DNA from: Lama guanicoe
Lineage: Eukaryota
Direction of reading: 5' to 3'
Assembly (NCBI GenBank): GCA_013239625.1
Contig: MU057202.1
Span: forward strand, 3,547,101 to 3,611,100
DNA: 64,000 bases
Position 1 is the first letter of the stretch. Each line of letters starts with the position of its first letter. Below, one piece after another: positions 32,681 to 43,847 of this stretch. The notes under the pieces are model-generated. The model ran no database searches. It saw nothing but the letters and a program-made list of their open reading frames with translations, and had not been told where the DNA came from. Position numbers and translations under genes: made by a program.

Positions 32681-35600
32681 CAGCTGGGTGGTGCTGTGAC
32701 CTAAACTTGATGGAGCTCCCTCCTGGAGCCCACAAGTGGTGGGGGCGATGACACACAGGCCACTACACAAGGTCGCACAGTAGTGGGAAAAGCCCAGTTT
32801 TAGGGTCAGGCAGGCCCTAGTCCAGCCATGGTCTCATCATTTGGGTGGCCTTGACCAGACCTCCCTCTCTGAACCTTGGTTTCCTCAGGTACATGCGAGT
32901 GATGTGGTGAGGGTCAGGCCAGCGCCTGCTAAGCCAAGCTGCTTTGCTCACACACACCTGGCTAGGACATGACGGGGCTGGGAACCCCTCTCCTGGGCCT
33001 CCTGGAGCTGAGGGTCTGAACAGAAGGTGTGTCCCCCCGAGGGGCTGCGACAGCACTGGGAGGGGGCGTGTGCAGTGCCTGTGTGCAACTCCCACTGGGG
33101 GGGGAACGCTGCAGAACACCCCAGAATACTGAAAAGTACTTAAAAAGATGATCTGGTATGTACACAGTATCTCTAGAAGGAAACAGGAACTGTCCGGGGG
33201 GAGGGCAGCAAGACCCCCATCTCTCTGCACCCTCCCCAACCAGCCCAGCTTTTAAACCACCTCCTGATTTATTACTAAACTGCCTGCCACCTTACCAGCA
33301 GGTGATCCACCTACCCCAACTCTGAATTAAGGTGACAGTAACTGCAACAGATACACAATTACAAAGTGTCTCTTAGCAAATAAACAGATACGTTATTCCA
33401 GATTGCTTATTTTAAAAAAGGAATTGATGAAATGCCGGGAACTCATCTGGCCGTGGGTGTTAGCAGTGCCTGCCCTCTGAGGGACGGCGCTCGTGGTTCA
33501 GCAAAGTGGGGAGGCCCGCACCAGCCACAGGCACACCTGTGCTGGTGGCCGAGGGTCGGGGTGCTTCTAAGAGCTTCATGAAGCTGCACCTGGATCCTGA
33601 AGGTGGCACGATTTGCACACCTGAGGCCAGACGGCTGTCCCCAGCGACGCGACGGCAGCTGGAGCTCCGGGAACCAGCAAACACCAAGTTCCGCCTGGGA
33701 AGGTGGGGCTGGGCGCGAGGCTGGCGGGGCTGGAAACCCAGGCCAAGCAGTTAGGGTTTTCCTCCACCGGCAACAAGGCGCCATCCAAGATCTAACTGAT
33801 TCCCAAAGCATTTTCATTGTTTGAAAAAAAGCGCAAATCAACTGTGTGTCACCTTGAGCTCTGCAGAGGAATGCTGCCAGAACTTAACCCATGACGCTGC
33901 TCATACGAACGCCTCGTAGTAATTAGGGACCGGCGGTTTGCCCTGTGCGTCCCATCGGGGCGTCTCTCCAAAGTGCCCAGTGGTCTCTCGCCAACTCCCA
34001 GCCACGGCGCGGCCACCCTGTGGCCACCCTATGACCGTATAGCCTGTGAGGACCCGCTCACAAGACATGAGACCAAGGCACATGAGGGGTGTGGCCCCCA
34101 AGACTCTGCCCACGGGGCCTGAGGGACCCCCGGTGGTGATGTGGGCCAGCTGGAGCACCACCGGGAGAGGCAGGGACGGACGAGGTGGTCTGGGCTGGCT
34201 TTGCTCTGGGGGGTGGGCTTGCCTCCACATTTCACTCCCCGGTTCCGTAAGGATGAACCCCCAGCTGATCCAGCTGAGTTGCAGCCGGATGGGGCACTGC
34301 CCTGATGCCCAGTGAGGGAGACCCTGTGGATTAGGACGCAGAGGGGGAGGCCTGTGGTCTGTCTCACGCCCTCCCCCAGAGGCACAGCCAACCCCTTCTG
34401 CGCCCTCTCAGTTCTCGGACATGGAAGGCACTGACCAGGACCCTCCCTGACCCGCACACCCAGAGACGAAGCCAGGTCCAGAGACCCCACCACTGCGGGG
34501 GCAGCAGCCCTCAGCCCTGGTCCTCCCGCCCCTGCTTCACAGGGTGGTCCACCTGCTTCTGCCTTCATGGAGGAGGCTGGGCGCCGCCGGGAAAGCTCAC
34601 GCTTCCTCTCACAGAGAACTTGGTACCGGCAGGAGGGCAGGCCCCCTGGGGGCTTCCCAGCTGTGTTACTCTTGTGGTCAAAGCTCACAGCAGGGGGGAC
34701 GCCATCACTTGCCGGATGCTCAGAGAGGCCCAGGCCAGCACCTGAGGTCACACAGGACCGGTGCAGGCCGTGAGCTCCCAGGACACCACAGGTGCCGCTG
34801 GCCCCACAGCTCTGGCCTCCGCTTACCTCCGTGGATGTCCAGGGCTGTGGCTGATTTTATGATTTAACCCCAGCAGCGCCGGAGAGGCCTGGAGGCAGTG
34901 TGGCCTTGCACCACTTCCGGAAGGGTGGGGACCAGGCCCCAGACTCTCCTGCATCCTGGGCTCAGGCCTCTGGGCGCTGTGTTCCCAGGGCCCGTCTCCC
35001 TGGTGGATTCCAGGGCGGTCCGTCTCCTTGCCCCAGGAACTGTCAAAATGTTCCACAAATTCCAGTGCATGTCACCCAAAAGGCACAGCCCAGACCCCCC
35101 ACTGCAGGCGGGGCCCAGACCCCCAGGGCACCAGAGCCCCAGTTGCCAGGGCAGAGAGCTTCGTACATTAGCTGCACACGCTGGGCCGAGTGTCACCGGC
35201 GCCACGGCGCACACTGGGCCGAGAACCCTGCTATTTTCCTGCTCAGAGTCAGCAAGGTGCCCCATGGTCGGTCTGGCAGGGCCCCCAGATAAGGCTGTCG
35301 TCGTCACACAGGAAACCCCCGCTGCACCCCTCCCAGCCCCGACTCGAAGTAACCTCTCGGATCCTTCCCGACACTCCGTGTAATTATAGCCCCGTGCCGT
35401 CTACTCTCCAGGAAGAGGCAGACACGGTGCCTGCTCGTCAGCCTGCCCCGTGACCCACAAGTCTCTGCCTCCCAGCAAGCCCGGGAGGCTGTGCTCGGTC
35501 CTCAGCCTCGGTCTGCTCACCTGCGCAATGGGGACAATCAGCTCCCCTGGCCCCAGACAGTGACCAGGAGACTCAGGAGTAAGAAGGACGTGGCAGCAGC

Positions 35601-36168
35601 CAGGCACAGAGCAAGCGCTAAAGCAGTGCCGATTGACAAAAGGGGACCCCCTGAGCACGTGCTTTCTCGAAGGCACTCCTCTGAGCTCTCCAAGAGGGGT
35701 GCCCTGCTGTTCTGTCCCAGACCCCAGATGGCCACACGGTGGGACCCTGAGAGGACAGGGCTGGTCAGGCCACCACGAGCAAGGTGGCCGTGCAATGCAC
35801 GTGGAAAGGTGTCCACCCAAAGGGACACCAAGCTTGGCAGGACGGGGTCCCCTACCCCTTCCAGGCCCTGCCCACCCCACCCTGCTGGAGGGGGTCTTCC
35901 CCTAGTCTGGCCCACCCAGTCCGGAGGCCAGAACCCCAGTAGGCCCTGGGGTGACACTAAGGGGACAGGAAGATTCATCCGAGGAGGCGTCACCGTGAGC
36001 AGTGTCCCCACAACCTGAGAACAACACCTCCTTTCTCTGGATTGAAGGGAAACAGAGGCCTCTGGAAGCAAACCTTTTGCGCAGATGTTTCCTCTTGGCG
36101 TGAACCCCCCGGGCGGGGCCTGCCTGCTCCCACACGGAGGCGCAGGGCAGACCGAGTAATTGCAATTC

Positions 36169-36372
36169 NNNNNNNNNNNNNNNNNNNNNNNNNNNNNNNN
36201 NNNNNNNNNNNNNNNNNNNNNNNNNNNNNNNNNNNNNNNNNNNNNNNNNNNNNNNNNNNNNNNNNNNNNNNNNNNNNNNNNNNNNNNNNNNNNNNNNNNN
36301 NNNNNNNNNNNNNNNNNNNNNNNNNNNNNNNNNNNNNNNNNNNNNNNNNNNNNNNNNNNNNNNNNNNNNNNN
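36169..36372. other. Assembly gap (204 N)
   Basis: Run of N. Confidence 1.
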
Positions 36373-39300
36373 AGCCCTCCCCCCAACTTGGCAAGGATCC
36401 GGAATGTGTCTGGCTCCTGGTGGATGAGGGTGGCAGGGAGGTGGTGGCGCGGTGCCAGCCGGGATTCCCTGATCTGGGGCTGCTGAGTGGGCACGTCCTC
36501 CTGGGGGCCCCCGGATGGGGCGGGCCCGGGGCTCTCGGCTCACACGATGGGGGCTGGAGCCCCCTCCTGCACCCACCACCTTCAGCACACCATTGTCCCT
36601 GGAGAGGAAGGAGGGGGCCTTAAGGCACCCCCTGCTCATGTCCTGGCCATATTTTGCTGGGGGAGGGAGGCAGCCAGAGGGATGGAGGCCTGGGTCTTGT
36701 CCAGGAAGGCCGGCCTGGGGCTGGGGGAGGGGATCAGAGTCCCCAAAACGGCCCTGCTGGGAAACAGGCTCAGTCAGACGCGCACCCCTCACCCGCCCCT
36801 CGCAGGCTGCTCCTCCTCCACTGCCTTCGTCCTGATCTGTCCTTTCAGGGCCCTCTTCTGCCTGCTTCGCTGGAGCCCAGCCCAGAGCAGGCAGGAGGCA
36901 CCCAGGACACGTCTTGGAGTGACCCAGGGACGCTTGTTGACGAGGTGTTACTACCGTCACTTACAGGGAGGCCTGGGAGGCCGGCTCCCCTCCAGGTCAC
37001 ATCACCCCGCCTGCAGGACTCTGATTTCAGGGCTGCGTTGGCAGCACCGTCTGCATCCCCGCTGCCAAGCTCAGGGGCCGACGTGGTCCCCAGGAGCTGG
37101 GTCTGGGTGGACCTCGAGTCTGCGCACCAATGGGCCCCCAGGGCCCCGGGCCGGGGCCCAGTCTGGGCAGCGGGGGTTCCACTCCTTCCACGCCCGAGTG
37201 TCCCTCTGAGGGTGTCTCAGGGAACTTGCTCCACCCTGGGGGGCACATCCCACCTCCCACTGGCACGTGTGACTGTCAGATGCTGTGTCTCCCCCAGTGC
37301 CCACGGCTTATAGAAGCTGAGGTGGTCATTGCTGGCTGCCCTCAGAGCCCACCCGCCCTGAGTGGTCAGCAGGCATCCACTCGCACACCAAGCCCGTTAT
37401 ACAGCCGGCGCCAGAGCTGCTCCATGAGGAGGGGGCTGCTGCCTCAGACGGGCTCACAGGGAAGGGGGTGCCCGACTGGCTGGTGAGGTCTGCCACGGGC
37501 ACGGGAGTGGATTAGCCACATCTGCCACGGGCATCAAGGTGGGTAGAAGGGGCGGTACCCCACGTGCCGGAGCAATAGGGTCCAGTCCCCCCCTCACCCA
37601 CAGCACTCCACAACAGTCTGCTCCCCCACCACCCGGGAGCGCTGCTCGGGGCCTCCCTGCACCAGGGCCTTCTCTGAGGGTTGGAGCGACAGTACACAAA
37701 CGGACAGACCAGAGTCTAGGGTCAAACCCCTTCCAAGGCTGGGTCCCGGCTGGCAGCCGCCACCTGGAATCCTGTCCCAGCCTCAGAGAGGGGGAGGGAA
37801 CAGCCAGTGCTAAGCCACCAACAACATACTCACTCACTCATCCTTCCAGCAGCCCCGTGAGGTTGCTCTCTTATCTCACGATGGCGATGAGACAAAATGT
37901 ATTAACACCCCCATTTACAGACGGGACAACCGAGACAGAAGTAACCGCCTGGGCACATGGCTGGGAAGGGCAGGGCTGGAGCTCCCACCCCACAGTGCAG
38001 CTCCCCATGGGCCCCGCCTGAGCTCACACAGCTTCCTGGACCCAACCTGCTCCCTCAAAAGTTCTGTCGTCTCCCAGACAAGCTGCGGCTGGCGTGGGTG
38101 GGCACAGCCTCCGGTGTAAGTCAGGTATCTGTCCGCTTTCTGGCCACAGGCTGTGAGCGGATTCCTTCTTGGCTTGGTCTCAGTGTTTTCCCCGAGAAGT
38201 GGGTGCAGGGTTTCTGGGCTTTCCTGCCTGCCTCTCTGCCCCACTGCTCCCTGCCTGCCTCCTCTTGCAGGCAGGCCACCAGGCTGAACCCCTGCGTGCT
38301 GCCAGGCAGCTTCCTGAGCTGCGTTCAGGGGTCAGGGCCTGCCCTGCACGCTCAGCCTCGCCCGATGGGGTCTCCTCAGACCTTCTGCAATGAAATTTCC
38401 CCTTCCACAATCCTGGCCATCGCAAATGTCAGAGCCACTCTCTGGGGTCTTCTAGACAATTTGAGCAATAAAATGCGTCTAATGGCAGCTCCGCACAGTG
38501 CACTGGGCGGCTGGGCCTCACAGGAGCCACGTCCCCACACTCGGGAGGCTCTCTGAGGAGGAGTCAGGAAGCAGAATCTGTCCCCAAGGCCTGTCCTTCG
38601 GGCCGAGAGATGCTCACTGGCAGTCCGCAGCCCTACGTGGTCCAGACAGCAGCGAGGCCCTGCCCGCATATGGGAGGAACCCAGACTCGCTGGTCAGGAC
38701 TTCAAATCAGACCACAGGCACCCTCAAGTCCAGCCCCACCCCAACCCAGGACCAGAGGCAAGCACAGGGACCTTGCACCCCAGAGGCCACGTCTGCCGTG
38801 GAGAGGGCCACACCTGGTGGTTTAAACCCCAGTGACCTCCTCTCTGTGTGAATGGATGAACGCATCCCCTCGTGGTGACAGGGGCTGTGGGTGGACAGTT
38901 ATAACAGAGGGACAGTCTTGCCAAACGAGAAGCTGCCAGCCAGTGGGCACTCAAGGTTCAGACTGTCCACCTGCTGCACCCGTTGCTGAGCGGCTTCCGG
39001 GGGCACAGAGAGGGCAGGAGCCAGCCCAGGGTCACACAGTAGTGGCCTCATCTGCCAGTCCTCACTCCCCTGAACCCAAGCATCGGGCTGTGTCCACTTC
39101 GGGCAGAGGGTTTGTTTCCAGCCCTGCCGCAGCCCTCCGCCCAGCCCTGGAAAGCAGCAGGCGGGCAGATGGGCCGGCACCGTGCAGCCGCGGTGGCAGC
39201 TGCTCCGGGGGAGGCGAGTGAGGAGCGGGCTCCGCGCCTCCCTCCTGAGCGGAACCTTCTGGATGTTTTGACTCATTCCACCAAATGGTCTCACAGAACC

Positions 39301-42299
39301 TCAAGGAGATCTGGGGGTGGGGCCCTGCTGAGTCAAAACACCCCTGGGGGTTTTCTGCGGGGGTGGGGGCAGTCTCCCATTCCACTGCCCGAGAAGTGCC
39401 CCTCCCATCCCAAGTGACAAGGCTCCGAGGCGACCTCCCCATTTCACAGCAGGGAAAACCAAGGCTGCTGCGGGCGCCAGGGTCTCCCCTCTGGCCCTAG
39501 TGGGCTGGGCCAGGCGTGTCTGTGGCTCCTGAAACAGAAAACCTGTCTGCTTTCCAAGGCCTTGCACTGGACCAGCCCACCTGCTGCGGCAGATGCTCCA
39601 AAGGGTTTGCGGGACTCACTCTGCCCTTCTGTGAAGTGGGGACAAGCCCGCGGCTGTGGCAGGTGCTGTGGGTACAGGGAGCCGGTCCAGACCCCAAACC
39701 AACCAGCACAGCAAGCTTCCAGGGAGCCACAGGTCTGACCAGAGCAGTGACACAGGCTGCTCTCTGGCTCTGCAGGCTGCACGACCTCCCCCTCAGCTGC
39801 CAACGCCCTCAGCCGGCCCCACATGCCCCGCCTGGTCCCCAAGCATCTGACCTTCCTCCCACTGAGTGCCACCAGGCCGAGCCGTAGGTCACACTGAGAT
39901 GGCGTGCCTGTGGGCAGCTTCATTAGGACGGAGTGGGCACAGAACCCGCCAGCCCTAGGGCCACAGACAGAGACCTCCTGCCCAGCCCCAGGCCCACCCC
40001 ACGGCACCTGGCAGAGACAACACCGCGTGTCGAGGGACATCTATTGTTTGTCTCTCCCCAGAGAGCGCAGCAGCCCCTCGATTCCGAAGCAGCGCCCGAC
40101 GTGCAGGAGGTCCTCGCCCTCCACTCATCAGAGGAGCGAGCAGGCACGGCCTGACCAGCCGTGTTCTCATCACTGGTACGTCTCAGCTCCGTGACACCCA
40201 GCTCCGTGCCAGCGCTTCACATCCGCCGGGCAGGGACGGTGCCGGGGAGCAGTGACCCCCGCTCCGGGGTCAGCCTCCTGGGCTCCATCCAGGAAAGAAG
40301 CAACAGCCGGAAGCCAGGGTCACGCTGGAAGGGGCGCACCGTGGGCAGACGTGAGCGGGGCGGGCAGCCAGCGCCCCCTGGAGCCAGCGCGGCCCCTGCA
40401 GCTGGGGCTTTAGTCAGCGCCCCCCTCACCACGCGGGGAGTTCAGAGGACTGAGGAACTGAATTTCTGTTGCACGTTGAAAGCTACATTGTTTTCCAGTC
40501 TGGAGAGAAATGAAAACTAGCGACCTCGAGCTCCCTGGCCAGGACCTGAGTATCCGAATTCTGTCCTGGGTCCAGAGAGGCCGGGGCAGGTGCTGGTGCC
40601 TCTGGGAGGGGAAGGTCCATCTGCCTTTCTCCAGGGCCCTCCCCGCCTGACCTGCTGCCCCATGTGCGGTGGGAGCCGGGGTGCCCAGGAGCAGCAGCTG
40701 CTCCAGCTGACGGGCGCGGGCACACTGCCAGCTGCCAGCCTGGCCGTGGCTCTGCAGAGGCCCCGAGGCCTGGTCTCCCTGGCAGGCTGTGAGGACCAGC
40801 CTAATCTCTCGGCTGCTCCGGGGGTGGGGGCAGTCTCAGCTCAGGAGACCGGGGGCAAAGGTGACCTGGAGTGACCCACACTCCCTCTCCTCCTCTCCCC
40901 CAGGTTCTGTGCCCCCCCTCCCCCGGCCTGTCCTGACTGCCCACCCTGACACTTTCTGGAACTCTTCCCGCAGGAGGTGGGCTCCAGGCCCCTTCCACCC
41001 ACGCCACACAGGCTCCTTATGCTCGGGCAGCCCCGTCCTGATGCAGGGGCCGCGTGGAGGGGCTCGGTGCACGGAGGCGGAGACACAGCCTCCCCACCGG
41101 GCCCTGTCCAAACTCCTAGCCCAAGAACCCGCAAGCTGGCACGTGGCTGCCCAGCCCCTGAGTCCGGGGTGGTCTGTCCACCGCAGTCATAGCCGGGTTC
41201 CTTCTTGGTGTGTCCTCACCCCAGTTCTTAAGGAGCATTTCTGGCTCACAGGGCTGCAGGGAGGGGCCCTCTCCTGCCTCTGGGAAAATCTGTGGCTACT
41301 GCCCAGGCCTGGCCTGGAGGGAGCCGCCCCAAACATCTGTTTAGGAGTGAACAGGGTCAGGTTTGAGGGCCAACTGCCTGGGATGCTCCCGGCCGCCTCC
41401 CCCAAGGCCCCCACGCAGGCAAGACTCACAGCCCGACTCCAGGGCTGGAGAGCAGATGAGACAACTGTTTATGGGACCAAGCACAATGACAGCTTGCAGG
41501 CAGACGAGCCCTGCTGTTCAAACAACTCTCTCCAGGCTCCCGGCGAGAGCGTCCCTGCCAGCCGGTGACCCCGGGCATCGCCGCCTGTGAGGTGCGGGGG
41601 CTCCCAGGTGAGACGCGCTCCTGCTCCCGGGGCCTTCTGAGTGTGAGGCGCTCGTCTGGGTTCTGGGGCTGCGGGGAGCAGACAGGCAGAAGTCCTGCCC
41701 TCACGGAGCTGACCTCGGAGGGAGACGCGGTGACGGGTGAAGGAGGAGGCACAGCATGGCAGGGATGTGTGCCGTGGGGACTCACAGCAGAGGCGACTCT
41801 GAGCCCGACCCAAGGAGGGGAAGGTGGGAGCCACGCCGGTGTTGGCAGAGCACGCGGGCGGCGGGACCCGCTTGGGAAACACAGGGAAGGCAGATCAGAG
41901 CCAACATTCCGGGGGGGTTGGGGGTGTGGGGCTGTGTGGCCTTGAAGCCACGGGACAGTCTGACCGGCCCCTGGAAGGGCCACACGATAGCTTTTGGGGG
42001 ACCTCTCCAGCTGCTACATGGGGACCCCAAACTGCCTCCCCTGTTGAGGGCAGGGCAGGGGTGAAGCCGGAGACCAGGTGCAGCATCTTATTCATGACTT
42101 GCAGGTGGGACGTAGGTGCCAGAGACCTAGTCACTGGGCAACCAAGCACTGCCTGCGGGCAGACGAGGCCCACCATCCAAACCACCCTCCATGCTCCCGG
42201 CGGGGCAGCCCAGCAGCCCGCGGGCCACGGCGCTCACCACCCCGGGCCAGGGCACGGCCACAAGTGCAAAGGGATGGCGGTGGCCATCCTCACGACCCG

Positions 42300-42895
42300 G
42301 TGACACAGCACAGGGAAGCCGGGCCTAGCAGGGCAGGAGGCGCCTCTGGTGCATTCACCCCTCGGCACGGGACAGCGGGTCAAACCGAGAGTGCCACGCA
42401 GCCCAGCATCTACTCTCCCAGGTGCGGCCCCAAGAGGACGGAACACACACGTCCACGCAGAACTGTGCAGGCGCGCGCTCACAGCGGGTGACGCACAACC
42501 GCGAAAACGGGCATGGCCCAGCTGTCTGTCCGCTGACGATGGACACACCCAAAATGCGCAGACGCGGGCGACTGAATACCACTCGTGAGAAGGGTGTGAA
42601 GCGCCGACCTGTGGGACAGTGTGTGCGAGCCGCACAATCTGTCCACCGAGTGACGGAAGCCGGTCATCTCCTGAGACTCCCAAAGGCAGACCCACCAACA
42701 CAGAAGCAGACCGGTGGTCGCAGGGCTTGGCGGGGGCGCTGTGGGTGAGGGGCTCTCCTTTCTGGGCTGATGGAAACGTTTGGGAATTAGATGGTGGTAC
42801 AACACAGTGAATGCGTTCGATGCCAGTAAGTCATGAACTTAAAAATGGTTCAGGTGGTCAAGTTTACGTTCTGTGTATTTTACAGTTTAAAAAAA
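42300..42895 (+). mobile_element. L1M (L1MB/MC-like) ORF2 end and 3' UTR remnant, strongly GC-shifted
   Basis: Recognisable 3' end ttctgggctgatggaaacgtttgggaattagatggtggtacaacacagtgaatg...aacttaaaaatggtt...tgtgtattttacagtttaaaaaaa, with colinear upstream L1 motifs. Confidence 0.75.
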
Positions 42896-43750
42896 TACCC
42901 AGTGGGGAGACTGAGGTGAGCAGGACGTGGCCTCTCCCCAAACGTGGTCCCTCCAGTCGCCTGTCCCTGTCCCCAGCACAGGGCTGGGGAGCCCGAGCTC
43001 ATGGGAGGGATACAGGCAGGCGATGGGGCCGGGCTGACCTCTCTCCTCGCCGCAGTGCTAACGGGGGGGTGTCACAGGCTCCCTCTCCCCAGGTGCTGTG
43101 CTCTCGGTGACCTGGGGGCCCATTCCTTTAGGTGGGCAGGAGGGTGGCTCCCTGGCTGACGCCAACTCCCACTCCCCTGGAGCTGGCAGGTCTGGGAAGG
43201 CCGGTGACATGTGACCTTCCAACATACCCCATATATGGAGCCTCACCCTTAGGGGCCAGGAGGGGTCCCAAGGAGGGGCTGCGCGAATAATCCCATAAAC
43301 CTGGAGGCCTGGCTGGGCTAAAGGCCTCTGTGAGATGAGGGTAACGGGGGGGAGGGACTGGTGGGGTCTGAAGGGGTCTCAGCCCCTCTGAGAATCAGAT
43401 GAAAGGGCTCTGAGCATGTAACACGAGCACAGGTCAAGCCCGGACCTCATGACTGCCCCCCAGTCTGCCCCCTCCACCTCGAAGCCCCCAGGGCTCTACT
43501 GACAAGACCAGCCGCGATGTGGACACGGCACCATGTCCACCCAACCAGACCGTGCAGGTGCTGTGCGGGGCCCCCGGCCAGGCGTTAACAACCATGACTG
43601 TGGGGATTCCGAAAAGAAGGTTTCACGTGGACACAGAGGGAACTGAGGCTCCAAGAAACCCCACGGCATGCCAAAGGGCTCGCCTGGGGCCAAGATTTGA
43701 ACTGGGGTGCCTTGACACCTCAAACGAGGTTCCCTACAACAAACCCACAA

Positions 43751-43847
43751 AGACGGTGGTGACAGGCGTCCTGGGACAGTCTGTGTAGGTGGTGGTGACA
43801 GGCGTCCTGGGACAGTCCATGTAGATGGTGGTGACAGGCGTCCTGGG
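43751..43847. repeat. Minisatellite, 36-bp unit x about 2.7
   Basis: Core ggtggtgacaggcgtcctggg in units starting at 43751, 43787 and 43823. Confidence 0.9.

Noticed and set aside
40368-40386. CTCF-like motifs here and near 46560 and 49033
   Set aside because: Imperfect matches that cannot be separated from background at this GC content without ChIP or conservation data.
43751-43847. Short direct repeats superficially like a CRISPR array (also 13722-13825)
   Set aside because: Intervening sequences are near-identical rather than unique spacers, there are no cas genes, and the context is eukaryotic. These are minisatellites.
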